Part shown: piece after piece, positions 1 to 12,200 of the stretch
Numbering within the stretch: position 1 is the first letter of the stretch
Layout of the letters: the number at the start of each line of letters is the position of its first letter
NCBI GenBank assembly: GCA_013265495.1
Contig: MU057880.1
Coordinates: 464,527 to 528,526 of the forward strand
DNA from: Vicugna vicugna
Lineage: Eukaryota
Length of the DNA: 64,000 bases
Direction: 5' to 3'
The notes under the pieces: model-generated
Database searches by the model: none
What the model was told of the DNA's origin: nothing
What the model saw: only the letters and a program-made list of their open reading frames with translations
Program-made: the position numbers and the translations under genes

Positions 1-56
1 GAAGGGGGCGCCCTCCCCGGGCCCCCCTCCCCCGGCGGCTCGGAGGAGACACTCAC

Positions 57-280
57 ACGTGCTGGTGGCCGGCTCGCACTGCAGGGACAGTGTCTGAAGA
101 CTCTCCTCGTCCATGTCCAGCTCCAGATCGGACAGGTACTGCTTCACTTTCCGAGCCATCTGGGCGTCCTCGTACAGCTTCTTGGCGTTGAGGAAGGAGC
201 TGCGGCGCACCCGCTTTTTGTGGCCGCCGGTCGGAGCCACGTCCAGCACCGCCGCACTTGTGCTGCCCTGGCTCAGGGAC
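57..280 (-). CDS. RAPGEF2: RAPGEF2 exon, 224 nt (SLSQGS...CEPATST)
   Basis: Boundaries ccttccag|G and ACGT|gtgagt; contains [28 protein letters not shown]. Confidence 0.96.
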
Positions 281-3200
281 CTGGAAGGCGGAGGGCAGGG
301 ATGCGGCTCGCTCTGGCCGGGGCTCACGGACCCGCTCCAGACGCGCCGCGACCTCTAGCAAGAGTCTATGTGCAAAAAGGTCACAGGCCTCATTCTGGTA
401 AGTAAACTGTTGCAAAGGAACATTGCATAATGTAGATTCACATTTTTTAAGTTTAAAGAGATTCATATATACACTATAAAAAATATATATATATGTTTGG
501 CACATGTTGGGTTCCAACTAGAAAATTCTGTGTTTCACCTCTTCGGAGGGTTCAAGGCAGCTCCCTTGCTGAGGCCAGCAAGTCATAATGATGACACATA
601 AAAGCTCATGCAGGAATAATACACAGTCACAGTCATGAAGAGTGACACTGAACTTATTTCTCCTAAAGAGGGCGTTTTACATCAATTTAGGTAAATTTAG
701 CCACAAGGTTCACAACGGTTTTCTTATCACTTGGGTTAAATGTAGTGAGTTTTTTAAGTGACAGGGTCAATCTGTTAATAAGATGCTCATGCAAATGTAA
801 AAACATCTGTATAGAAACTAGCACATGAGTTGTTAAGAATTATTTTTTTTTTTTAAAGAATTGGTTTATAGGATGATAACAGTAGTTAGTTGAGCTGTAA
901 AAATTTTTAGTTTTTAAGACCTCGGGGCACCTTCTGCATATATCTACTCCTCAGGGATCTGTGCAACAGTATTTAAGTTGCACAGTTTTTCCTTCTAACC
1001 TCCTTCCTCCCCTCATCCCGTGTTAGACTTTTTCCTTTTCAAGACACACAAATTATATTAAAATACAGTCTTTCTGAAAGCTCAGAGGGATGCCTGGCCT
1101 ACAGTCACCCGGAACAATCATCGATCGTTTCGCAGCTCCCGTGGGTCAGGACCTCAAAAGTGAAAGCCCCAGGAGATTACACATGAAGTCAGTTTGAAAC
1201 TGAAATTCTGCAAGAGCCAGAGGGTTAGAAAAAAAAAAAAATGCAAAAGTGCAAAGCATCAGAAAACACAGCAGGTAAGAAAACGAGGCACGTGGGGGAC
1301 GCGAAGTGGGCGCGGGTGCGCGGGGTCTCCACCACTTACCCCAGACTCCTCCACTTCTTCTTCCTGTAAGTGAGAGCCGTGGAGATTGAAGCGTGGATGT
1401 AGAGAGAGAGAGACAGAAAGATCACAAGCTCAGAAGGAAAGGACTAGACTTCCGGGTAAGCAGTCCTCGCAGCCCACACACATCAGTCGCCTCACACACA
1501 CCACCTGACCAGCGATGTTTTTCTGGCTCAAAAGACAAATGCGTCTAAATCATTTGTTGTAAAAACCCCTTCCCGGGGTTAATCGTTTTGGACTGCACGG
1601 ACAGCGAAACCCACCGTGTAGCGGGCCAGACCACACTGTAGGGGTTATTTACGCATTTTAGTTCAGACTGTAGGTGATGAGCTTAAGCTATGCACGTCTG
1701 AAAGAGGAGGAATGGCTGTGCCTCGCCTTAGATGAAAGGTGTCTGAAGGGCAGACTGTTTCTCGGCAGCCAGAAGTGCCCTCGAAGCGGGCTAAGGCGTT
1801 CACGCTGAGTCAGAGCTCGGGGGTGGTGCTCTGCAGGGCCTAAGGAGCCTCGCCAGCTACGGATATAAGTGTCCACAGTTTCCTTGTCTGTCAGGAAGCT
1901 CTAGCCCAACCTTCCCCAACCCCGCAAGCGCTGCTGAGGACCACACACTCACCGGGTCCTGAACATGAGGGCGGGATCCATGTTAACCGAGGCCATGCGG
2001 CCCACATGACGGATCTCTTTCGCAATCATTCTGAGCTTCTCGAAATTGACCAGCCCCTCGACCTTCGAGTCGTTTCCTGAAATTGGCAAAGAAGGAAAAG
2101 GGAGTCACGTGGCCTGTATGCTCCGCTTCCACCAGTGGGGCCCGAGGTCCTGCACTCTGAGTTTTACCTTCGTGAAGGAAGGTCAGATCCTTCTTGATCA
2201 CTGGGAACAGGGGGATGATGGGAGGTTGGAGGTTTTGGCTGTTGAGGACATTGCGGTATTTCGCCATGTTTCTGGAAGGATCAAACAGGTCTTGGAGATC
2301 CTGGAACAGCTTTTCGTACTTGTTGGGAAGTTTTTCCCACGTAGTTCGTAGTCTTGCCACTGGTGCCAGGTTTAGGCCGCTGAGCAGAAAAAAAAGAAAA
2401 GTGGTGTGAAGTTAAACAACTCATCCTTAGGAAATGAAGGGAGTAAAGTCGTGTGCTGTCTATTAACATAGAACACCTCTGTGTGTGCCTTGTGTACTCG
2501 GCAGGTCACAGGATGCTTAAGAAACGATGAATAATTCTGGGTTAAAAGGACTTACTGTACAGCACAGGGTTTTACAAAATCTTGTAAAAACCTATAATGA
2601 GAAAGAACCTGAAAAATAATATATTTATATATAACTGACTCACTTTGCTGTACACCTGAAATACTGTATATCAACTAGACTTCAATTAAAAACATAATAA
2701 TTCTGGGTGATGAGAATTGAAGATAGAAGACAGACAGGGACAAGGGACCTTACTCATCCTCCCTTTAAAACCTTCTGGTCTGTTTATTGTGAGCAAAACA
2801 ACCAGAAGTTGAGGTGTCGTGAGGGCAGGATTTAACCCCGTTGCTTTGTCTCCACACACAGAGATGCTCCTGGCACAAAGCAGGCGTTTGATAAAACGGA
2901 CCAGCCAGATACCTTACAGTCATGACATAAAGCAAAAGCCTTAAGAACAATAAGGGTATGACCAAACTCCCAGACAGAAAAAACGACTGACTCAATTAAT
3001 TATTAATCACTCATCACCATCAGCATTGCTAATTGTTTCCGTCTGTGTTTCCTTCCAGCTGCAACTGCAGCACTTAGAGAAGAAGAAAATTAACCTTTAA
3101 CACTGGGCGTCTGCTGCTTTGTGCTGGCTGATGGGACCCCACATACATTCTCTCACTCAGTCTGCTTGATAGTTCATGGGGTCACTGTTATTATATTGAG

Positions 3201-6200
3201 AAATAAACTGACATTCACAGGAGTTCAAATAATTTGCCTGAAGTCACAGAGCTGAAAAAGTGGTGAATGTAATGTTCTGGGCTCCAAATCAGCATGCAAG
3301 AAATTTTATTCTTTGTTTTTATTTTTAAATTTTAAAAAAATTTTATGTATTGTTTGTTTGTTTTTGTTTGGGGGGGGTAATTAGGTTCATTTAGTTACTT
3401 ACTTTAATGGAGGTACTGGGGATTGAACCCAGGACTTCATGCATGCTTAGCATGCTCTCTACCGCTGAGCTATACCCTCCCCCAACCAGAGATTTTAAAT
3501 GAAGGATGGAGATTGGGGTTCAGAGAAAAAGAATGGTTCAATATGATTCGATTAAAAACGACTACACTCGTACAAATGATATGGTTTTCCTGGATTTCTC
3601 TATTTTTTTCACACTTCTTTAAAAATTATTTTTTAATCCAGATTCCCAAATCTATCCTATTTCACTTTTTTTTTTTTTTGCAGGGGGAGGCAATTGATTT
3701 CTCCTTGTTTTTAATCTGCAAATGGAATTGAGTCTTATGACAAGCAGGCGCTCCTACCTGATGATGGCAAACATCGAGTTGAAATTCTTGCACTCCCTGC
3801 AGTGCAGCGCTATCTTGATGAAATGCTTAATGATTTTCATCCTTTTCAGCTGGTTCGTCTCTCGCAGAATTTCAGATGCCACCCAGAACGTTTCCTGGTT
3901 AATGACTTCTTCAAATTTCTTCAAGTTGGCACAGCTGGTTTTGGACCTGAGCTTAAATAAATCGTCAATGTACTCAGTAGGCTCGATGTTGCGGAAGAGC
4001 TCAAAATTCCGCATGGAGAGCTGCGTGGCCACTTCCACGGTACTGAGCTGCAGCAGCGAGATCTGACTCTCCCTCAGCAGCTCCTGGGCGTCTTCATCCG
4101 AACACAGCGTTTCTGTCTCCATGTTGTTTTTCAAGTAGTACCTGGGGAAACAGGATTCAGAGGCTAAGCAGCCGTCTCCGGGCATTCCTTGAAGCAATGA
4201 TGCTACCTCCAGAAGGTTTGTGAGAACGCTCAAGCGGACGATGGAAGGACCCCGTCCGACAGACAGAGAAGGCAGCGGCCGCCCAGTCACCAGACCACAC
4301 GACCCCGTCCAGAGTTGTGGACGGAAACTCACACGTCACACCAATTTCACCGGCACCAGCTACAGTCCATTTGCTCCTGTCTTTCTTTCCCTGCCTTCTA
4401 GATTATTTTGTCTTTTTCTTTTTGCCCGAAGTGACAGCTCAATTTAAATGATCAGCTTAAATAAGGAAATAGGCTCTCAGGAAGGAAGTGGGAGAGATTC
4501 AACACGGGTCATCAGTTTCCCCAGAGAGATGCGTGACCTGAGACTACTGATCAGTCCAGGTTTACCGATTTATTCAAATACCAAAGAAACCTGGAAGCTG
4601 CTTCCCTCTCTGATCCAATGAGTAGAACAGCCCCAAAACAGATCTCAACTTTCAAATATCTGACTTTCACAAAAACCTTACTAGTTAAGTGGGGCAGGTC
4701 TGATTCCTCCGTCCGATGAGGAAACAGAGGCTCCCAAAGATTAACGCCAGCCGTAGAGACGAGAACTGAGTCAGGATTCCTGTCTTTTTGTAAGCAACTT
4801 GCTGAAAACAGAATCCAGATGTTTGCCCTGTGATTTGTGTTTTTTTTTTGATTTTGTAGAAAGATGCTTTCCTTAAGCCAAATTCCATAAAGGGAGAAAC
4901 GGCACCAGTGTGGTGGGTGTCCTGCCAAACTGGCCTTTTGCATATTTTGCCAAAGCCAACAGGTCAGAAAACTCACACCGGGGGGCCTGGTCACTCACGG
5001 ATTTAACTCTCTCAGTTCTGATGACTCACGAGGCCCGTGAGGGGTATCCGCTTCTAATTTTCCTGAGTAATGACTGTGAATCATGAATCTGCCCCCTCAG
5101 TGGAGATCTGGAGAACGCCATCATGACCACAGGTCTACCAGTGCACATAAAACCGAGAAGAACTGACCTCCTAAACCAGCACCACCTGCTCATGTCGGGG
5201 CTGGAATGAGGCAAGAGCAAAGAAGAGTGAGGAAGTCATGGCTGGGGGAAGGAAAACAGATGTTCTGGATGGGCTGAATCAGGTTCAGGTGTGTAACATG
5301 GAAAAGTCAAGTATAAAATGAAACATTCCACATGGCGAGAAAAAATGTGATTTCCAAAAACACTTCATTTTCAGGAAGTGCAGAAGCTCATCACTGTATG
5401 AGAGCCACACCTAACTACCTTTTCCAACTTTCTCTAATTTGTGATTTGAGGATACAAATGACATCTCTCTGTGGAAATACCAATCAAGAGGCTGACAAAG
5501 TTAGAGGTGATGTTTTCCTGCAGGTATGTGTGACCCGAGCACTGAGGCAGCAGAGGGCCGAGCTCGGAAGCAGCTGAGGTTTGGCTCCAGAGTTAAGAAG
5601 TGTTGTTCAGGGCGTCCTGAACAGTGACAGGCAGTGTAGCCAGGCTCGCCGTCTCACATGTCCCCGCCTGGACACGCAGAGCTCCCGGAGAGCCAGGCAG
5701 GCAGGAGCAAATGCCAGAGGACATTACTGGGAGACGCCTTTGTGGATAAGCATCTCCATGGAGAAGGGGCACCTGGCTCCCTCTGCCTTGGCCAGCCTGT
5801 GTCCTGACTGGGACGGCACTTCGGTCCCACTGCCCCGGTTCTGCCCTTGTTTTGAACAAGTTCCTAAGAGACCCTTGCAAGAGTCAACAATCTACTGTGT
5901 GCATTTCCTTCGAGATGGCAATTCTCAGGGAATGGGGGAAGCCTTCTTTTTAATCTGCAAGGGTCCTTCTCTTAAACACCCTTTGACAGTGGTCCCCAGA
6001 CCCTGACATGGGTCTGAAATGCGGGTAAAGCAATCCAGCAGGAGGGAGAGTGTGTACCTTCCACTCAGCTGTATTCTGTCGGCAAGTTTGGAGAGCTGGT
6101 CTGGGAGTCTGCGCTGCTTGATGACCCCCTCGGGGGTGACGGAGACCTCACAGAGCGAGTACTGGTCCGGGGTGGCGGTCACTGCGAACTCCCGGATGGC

Positions 6201-9200
6201 CTGCACCACCACCTCCTTCGCCGTGGTGTCCTTGCTGATCATGAGGTACCGGCTTTGCTGGTCGGCCTTGAACACCCTCAGCACTTGATCTGGCAGGTCT
6301 GGGGGAGAAAAGCCGCACGTCAGGGGGAAGGACTGCAGCGCATGCTCATACAGTCAGGCGGAGTCAAACTGAAAAACATCTCCTTCGAAAAGATAATGCT
6401 GAACTTGTCTCTCTGCTTTCTTTAACCCTTCTTCAGAGCCCACCAGTCAGCACAGTGATCCGCTGTGTGAATGCAACGGTCCCCCTAGAAAACTGAACTG
6501 GCCACAGACCTAGGCAAGCAGATGATAGCACAATGGCCCCGCTTAAGGTTGGCACGTTGGCAGCAAAAAATGATCCAGTTAAATCTCAAGTCCACCTTGG
6601 CAATACTGACGAGCCCATGAAGTTGACCTAACGTGCCCCCTCCTCTTTATTTGACATGACCTCGCCATGCCTACCTGGTACGGGTTAAATTCCCTTTATG
6701 AAAGTGGACACAAAGTCAGAGAGATTAACTTGCTCGTGGTCGTGTCAGATTAGCCCGAAGAATAAAAGAGCACCAGTTTCAATGGTTTAAAATTTAAGTT
6801 TATCCTGACTTTTTTGCATCCCATGTGGTCCATGCCAAACCAAGGGAGATGCATACAGCGTCACTGGTATGTTAGGGAAAACTGAGACAAGAAGACAAAA
6901 GCAGCGTCGTCCGCGCTCACCTGGAGTGGTGCTGAAGTCCAGGATGCGGTGGTGGGACTGCAGCAGGTCAGGGTTACTGGACGACAGGGTCCCGCTGACG
7001 GGCAGAGCGGCCGGGATGTGCTTCGTCTGCCTCAGTCCCACTATGCTGTCATCCTGAGACTGACCGATCCCAATATCACTGAACAAAGAGGGAAGTCAGG
7101 AAACCAACGATCAGCAAGTGAAGAAGCTACAACTCCTCACTGTACAGGAGGCACCGACAATAAATAAACCGTATTTCATATGACTCACAGTTACTGTAAA
7201 AATGTCATTAATAAATTTGGTTGTAAATTGCAAAAGCAATGACTGCTTAAGTGTACCTACTCCACTGATGTTCCTGAAGTTCATACTGTGTTTCTCTAAA
7301 ACCTATGTCTTCTTAACTAGACAAATCAGGACAAATATTAGTAGTTTCTGAGTACAGAAATACATTCAGGAAAAGACAAGTTCTAGTTACTCATGGAAAT
7401 AAATTTAAGAAAAAGCACACTTTAAAAAAGGCATTTCGTCCCTCAGATGATGACTTCTGCCTCAGAATGATAAGTTGTTTTATAATTTTATCTTTAAGAA
7501 CTGAAGAAACTGAGTAAAATGAATAGAGGGAAAAAAAATCCCAATTTCATTTTCCAATGTTTCTGAGAAATAAATGAGATCACGGTGGAGTCAAATGTAA
7601 AGAAGGCCTGACACAGACATTATTTCTTGGTTGCACAGAGCATAAAGAAGCAGTGGTGCGTGGTGACATTTCTTGGCATCAGAGAAGAGGCAGTGAAGTC
7701 CAATGACTCACTTTTAACTCTCTACTCAAAATTTCTACTTAAACATTTAAGGTCCCAGAGAAATACTGCTTACTACTGCTGGGTACAAACTTATTTCCAT
7801 TTATAAAAGCCTGGGGACAACTCTGAAACGTGATTTAATAATACATAAAAATTGTTTCTAGATTTGAAGGGCCAAATGTTTCCAAAACAAAACATCAGAA
7901 TAAAACAATAAGTACACACAAAACACAAAATAACTAGGTCACAAGCGTGTGGTTATAGTTCCGACCACTTTCTACGAACACCTTGAAATGAGGAGAAAGA
8001 AAATCACACCAAGGTTGGGAAGTAAACCAAGGTGTCACAAATAAAATGAAGACACTCAGAATCAACTAGACTGTCAGACACTACAGCCTGATCATAATAC
8101 CTGTCATTTTTAATGGATGTCCAAAAAAAAAAAGTCCAGCAGTATTCTTCCTCTTTGTTTTTTGGGGGAAATGGAAATTATAGAGGCAAGTAAGCAAGGA
8201 CAAGGCTAAAGATGATTTGAGTGTAAGCTCTTCAAAACACACAGGTAAGCCCACAACAAAATTCAGTTTCCACTGAAGTGCATAGAGCCATTCATATAAA
8301 GACAGAAAGGAGGGATGTTTTGTGAAACATTAAAAGCTTCCCAGTATTAGTGGAATTTTATTTTTCAACCATATAAACCAGTCTTTACTGCCAAAAGTAC
8401 TAGATGCTGTGTATGACCTGAGACAACGTCTGCGGACAGGGCCAAGGCAGAGCCCGCGGGGCTGACGCTGCACCGTGCCCGGTCCCCTGCAGGCGTGCCC
8501 ACGGAGCCGCCTTCTTCAGCGGCTTCTCGCCCACCTCTTCACACCCAACAGGGGCTCGAGCGCTGCATCCTCACCTGTGTCTCTCCTCACCTGTGTCATC
8601 CATCTCCCCTGGATGGACAGGACGCTGTACTAAAGACTGAGACCTCTAAGCACACCCTCTCAGTGCTTGGCCTCTCTAACTCCCTCATGCCTACTGAAGT
8701 TTTCCTGACCTTTGTTAACTTTCTGCATAGACTGTTGACTTTTCCCCTCTTTCCTCTGGGGTCGGCGGTCTGGCTCCACGGAGAACCAGACCTGGGTCCT
8801 ACAGTCCGCCCGCCCCACCGCCTCCCCGGTCCACTCACCTCACCCCACCGTGCCTCCCCCTGCCAACCTGCTGGCACCTAGGCTTCTGTAATGGTGAGTG
8901 ACTGAGAGGAAAACAACCAGTATTTCTAGAGGATTTATCCACTTGACTAGTTAAGCAGCTTTGCCCCCCGGCCCCGCAAAAAATTGTAAACATGTGCTAA
9001 TTTCTAGGAGAGAAAAGTTTAAGTGGTGACTAGGATTAAATCAAGTCTCTCATACCGATATAATAGAGCCTACAGTTTACTGGGTCTTCTTTTAAATATA
9101 ATCATTCTTTTCACTTCAGTTCCACTGCCATCGCATGTATGGGTTATTTAAAATCATTTTCATAATAAAGTATTTAAGTGAGTCCTACATGTTCTTCAGG

Positions 9201-12200
9201 GCAAATTATTTAAGATGATTCCTCAGTGCTTTAAAATCAACACATGTCATTATTATCCTTTTTTCTTTTCCCTTTTCTGGCTTTTGAGTATCTTTCTAAA
9301 TACACGTAGAATAAAATCATTCAGAGTGTTCTCCCTGCACCGTGGATGGATTACAGCCCAGCTCTTACATATCACGTTTCTATTAATACTTGCCAGGGTC
9401 ACGCTGACTTCTGTTAGATGTTTTTAAAGGTTCATATTTAGCTCATCAAGTATGACTTTACGGTATTTTTTGTTACTGTGCTGCTAATAAATCTACACTA
9501 AAGAGATTTATTATTTTAGCCACTTAAAAATGAGTTTTTCATCAAGAGAGGTCACTTTAAAAAAAATCGATTCCTGTTTTCTGTAATGCCAGCAGGCCTA
9601 ATCCACCGTCTCTTAGAAACTGGGTATAAACACACGCTCAGGTCTATAAATAAAACCACCATGCTCACTGCGAATCTGCAGGACTCTGTGTAGCTGTCTC
9701 TTCTAGCTCATATGAAACCACCAATCATTATAGTTTAATGGGGAAAACACAAGTTTGACAATCAACCCATCAAACTGCATATTCTAGGCCATTTCTCTAA
9801 TCTTTGGATGAAAATTTTATCTGAAGGGGAAAAAGAAAAAAAAATTTAGTGGAATAAGATCCACTAAATTATCCAAGAAAACAACCTTCGTGTTCTCAAG
9901 TTATCTCTTTTACCACTGCAGCTTGAGGAATAGATAATAAATGAACTCGGGGTACCCATGTAATTCAATATTTAAAAAAATTTTGGCTGATGGTAATTGA
10001 GTTTTGTAAAACATTCACGGACACAGAAGGAGCTAAAATGAAGAAATGAGCGTGCAAAGAAGCAAAGCTAAAAGAGCGTGACACCTGCCGCTCGGTCTGG
10101 TCTGAGCTCCCGGCACACGTGAATAGCCAGGAAGGGACTGGAGAATACACGTGACATTCAGGCCACAGAGCCCACCGCGGGGAGGGATGGAGTTCTGGGC
10201 TCAGTTGCTGACATCGTGGCCAACGTTAAATGACTGAGGACAGGAGAGGGGAAGAAAGAGAATGGCGAGGGCGAGCAGTAGCAACTAGAGGCAGGGATGG
10301 TGGCTGGCGGAGACGGGAGAGAGGACACCCAGGAACGGGCAGACGGGGGCAGAGACGCCGCCAAGTTACGGGGAGACAGGAGCAAACACATTCTTTTCAA
10401 AAGTCCAAGCGAGAAAAAGAACAGTACAAGGGAGGAAGTGCTAACTATCTCTGATGAAGACTGAGATGGGCAAGTAAGGGGCCAGAATGGGACTGAAACA
10501 ACTGGACTGTTCAACACCGCTGCTGAGAGCTCAGCCATCAAAACACAGAACACCCTGTGGCCCCAGGTGCAAACCTGGTCACAAAGCCACTGCAGCATCG
10601 GGGTGCAAACCCTGGTCACGTGGCCGCTGCCGCAGACCCTCCTGACACAGCAACGCCGCGCACGGAGAACGGATACAGACACTTACTTATATGGTTTCTG
10701 GGGCAGGATGCTAATCCGGGTCTTGTCAAGTATCTTTTTTAGCTTGTTCCTTCCCCCAACGGTGTTGGCTTTACTTTTTTTATTCACTTTCTCCAGTCCT
10801 ATCACCTGCTCCACGTCCACGGCGAGGTCGGGGATGGAGTAGCGGCTGGCCTTTTTGATGTCTCCAATTTTAGGGAGGTGAGGGGCGCCGTTCCTCTTCT
10901 CTTCTGACAATCTTGTGAGAAGTTCTTTAAATACTGAAAAGGAAGCAAACGCAGCAAAATGCCCGTGATAAGAAATCTGGACAACTCAGAGGCAACGGCA
11001 GAACTTGGAAATGGATGAGAAGTATAGATTTCAGCAATCAGAACTGTGATCCTGTAGAAAAACACCGCCCCCATGAATGAAAGACACCAAAGCTCTGTCA
11101 CTTCCGCCCAGAATGAGCTACAATAAAGGAGTACACTCTTTAAATCTGTAGGCATTTAAAACAGGTATCAATAAAAACATCGATAAAGATAATGTTAGGG
11201 CCCTCAAGCAGAGTTTGATTTAGATCTGATTACACACTTGTGTAATTAATTCTATATCTATGCATTTTACTATATGTTTTCAGTTCTTATGATGTTTGGA
11301 TTATAAAAATGGCTTTTTTCAGAATTAAAACCTAAATGTAAGTGGGGGAGGGAAACAGCTCAGTGGTAGTGTGTGTGCTTAGTATGCACGAGGTCCTGGG
11401 TTTAGTCCCCAGTTCCTCCTTTAAAAAATAATAATAAATAAATAAATCTAATTACCTCCCCACCACCAAAACCAAACAAACAAGAAATTCAAAAAAAAAA
11501 AGCTAAATGTAAAAAAAAAAAAAAAACCAAAGTAGGAGAAAAATAAAAATATGCAAAAAATGCAAAATACTTACCAAATAAATTGGTTTTCACAGTGATA
11601 GATAAGTGTGTGTTATTTCTAAGAATTTCCATGGCTTTTGACAGCTGAATATTTTCAAAGTTTTGACCATTTACTTCTAGTATCTAGAAATAAAAGTATA
11701 AAATTAATTTCAGTTTCCCAACTGACAGGGAAAATAAGACTGGCATTTGCCCGGACGTGTGGTTCTAGAAGTACCGTACCTGGTCCCCTCGTTTCAAGCC
11801 CGCTTCGGTTGCCTTGCTGCCCGAATCCACACTGTCAACAAAGATTCCAAAGCCTTTCTCGGAGCCTCCCAGCAGGATGAACGGCAGCGGGGCTTCTCGG
11901 GATGGCTTGGTCAGCGTCATCAGCCTTCTTTTGGCTTTGGCGGCACATGCGATGTTTAACAGCCTTAGATGGCCGCCCATTTTCTACAAGAGTCGGGAAG
12001 GAGTGGTTTCAAAGGTAGGCTGAATAAAACAGACTTAGAGGGGATGGCTTTACAGAGTGAGAAAAGTATTACCTCTCTTTCCAGATTATTTTCAAATTCT
12101 TCTAGAAATCGAGTCATCGCAGGATCCCCTTCAAAGTCATTGAAGTGATTATTCACCCACAATAATACTACCCGTGTAACCTGAAAAATCAATTATTTTT

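Noticed and set aside
53..517. 154-aa minus-strand ORF over the last exon
   Set aside because: It is an alternative frame of the true exon, kept open by high GC. Upstream AG sites near 395-407 look unproductive; the one near 407 meets a TAG in the RAPGEF2 frame.
113..7167. Plus-strand ORFs overlapping exons (113..358, 2046..2351, 3722..4066, 6019..6288, 6869..7057)
   Set aside because: They are antisense shadows of the RAPGEF2 coding exons, explained by codon bias.
10158..10682. 174-aa minus-strand ORF right after an exon
   Set aside because: It follows the in-frame TAA in the donor, starts at a non-ATG codon and is Ser/Pro low complexity. I found no convincing splice-site pair.
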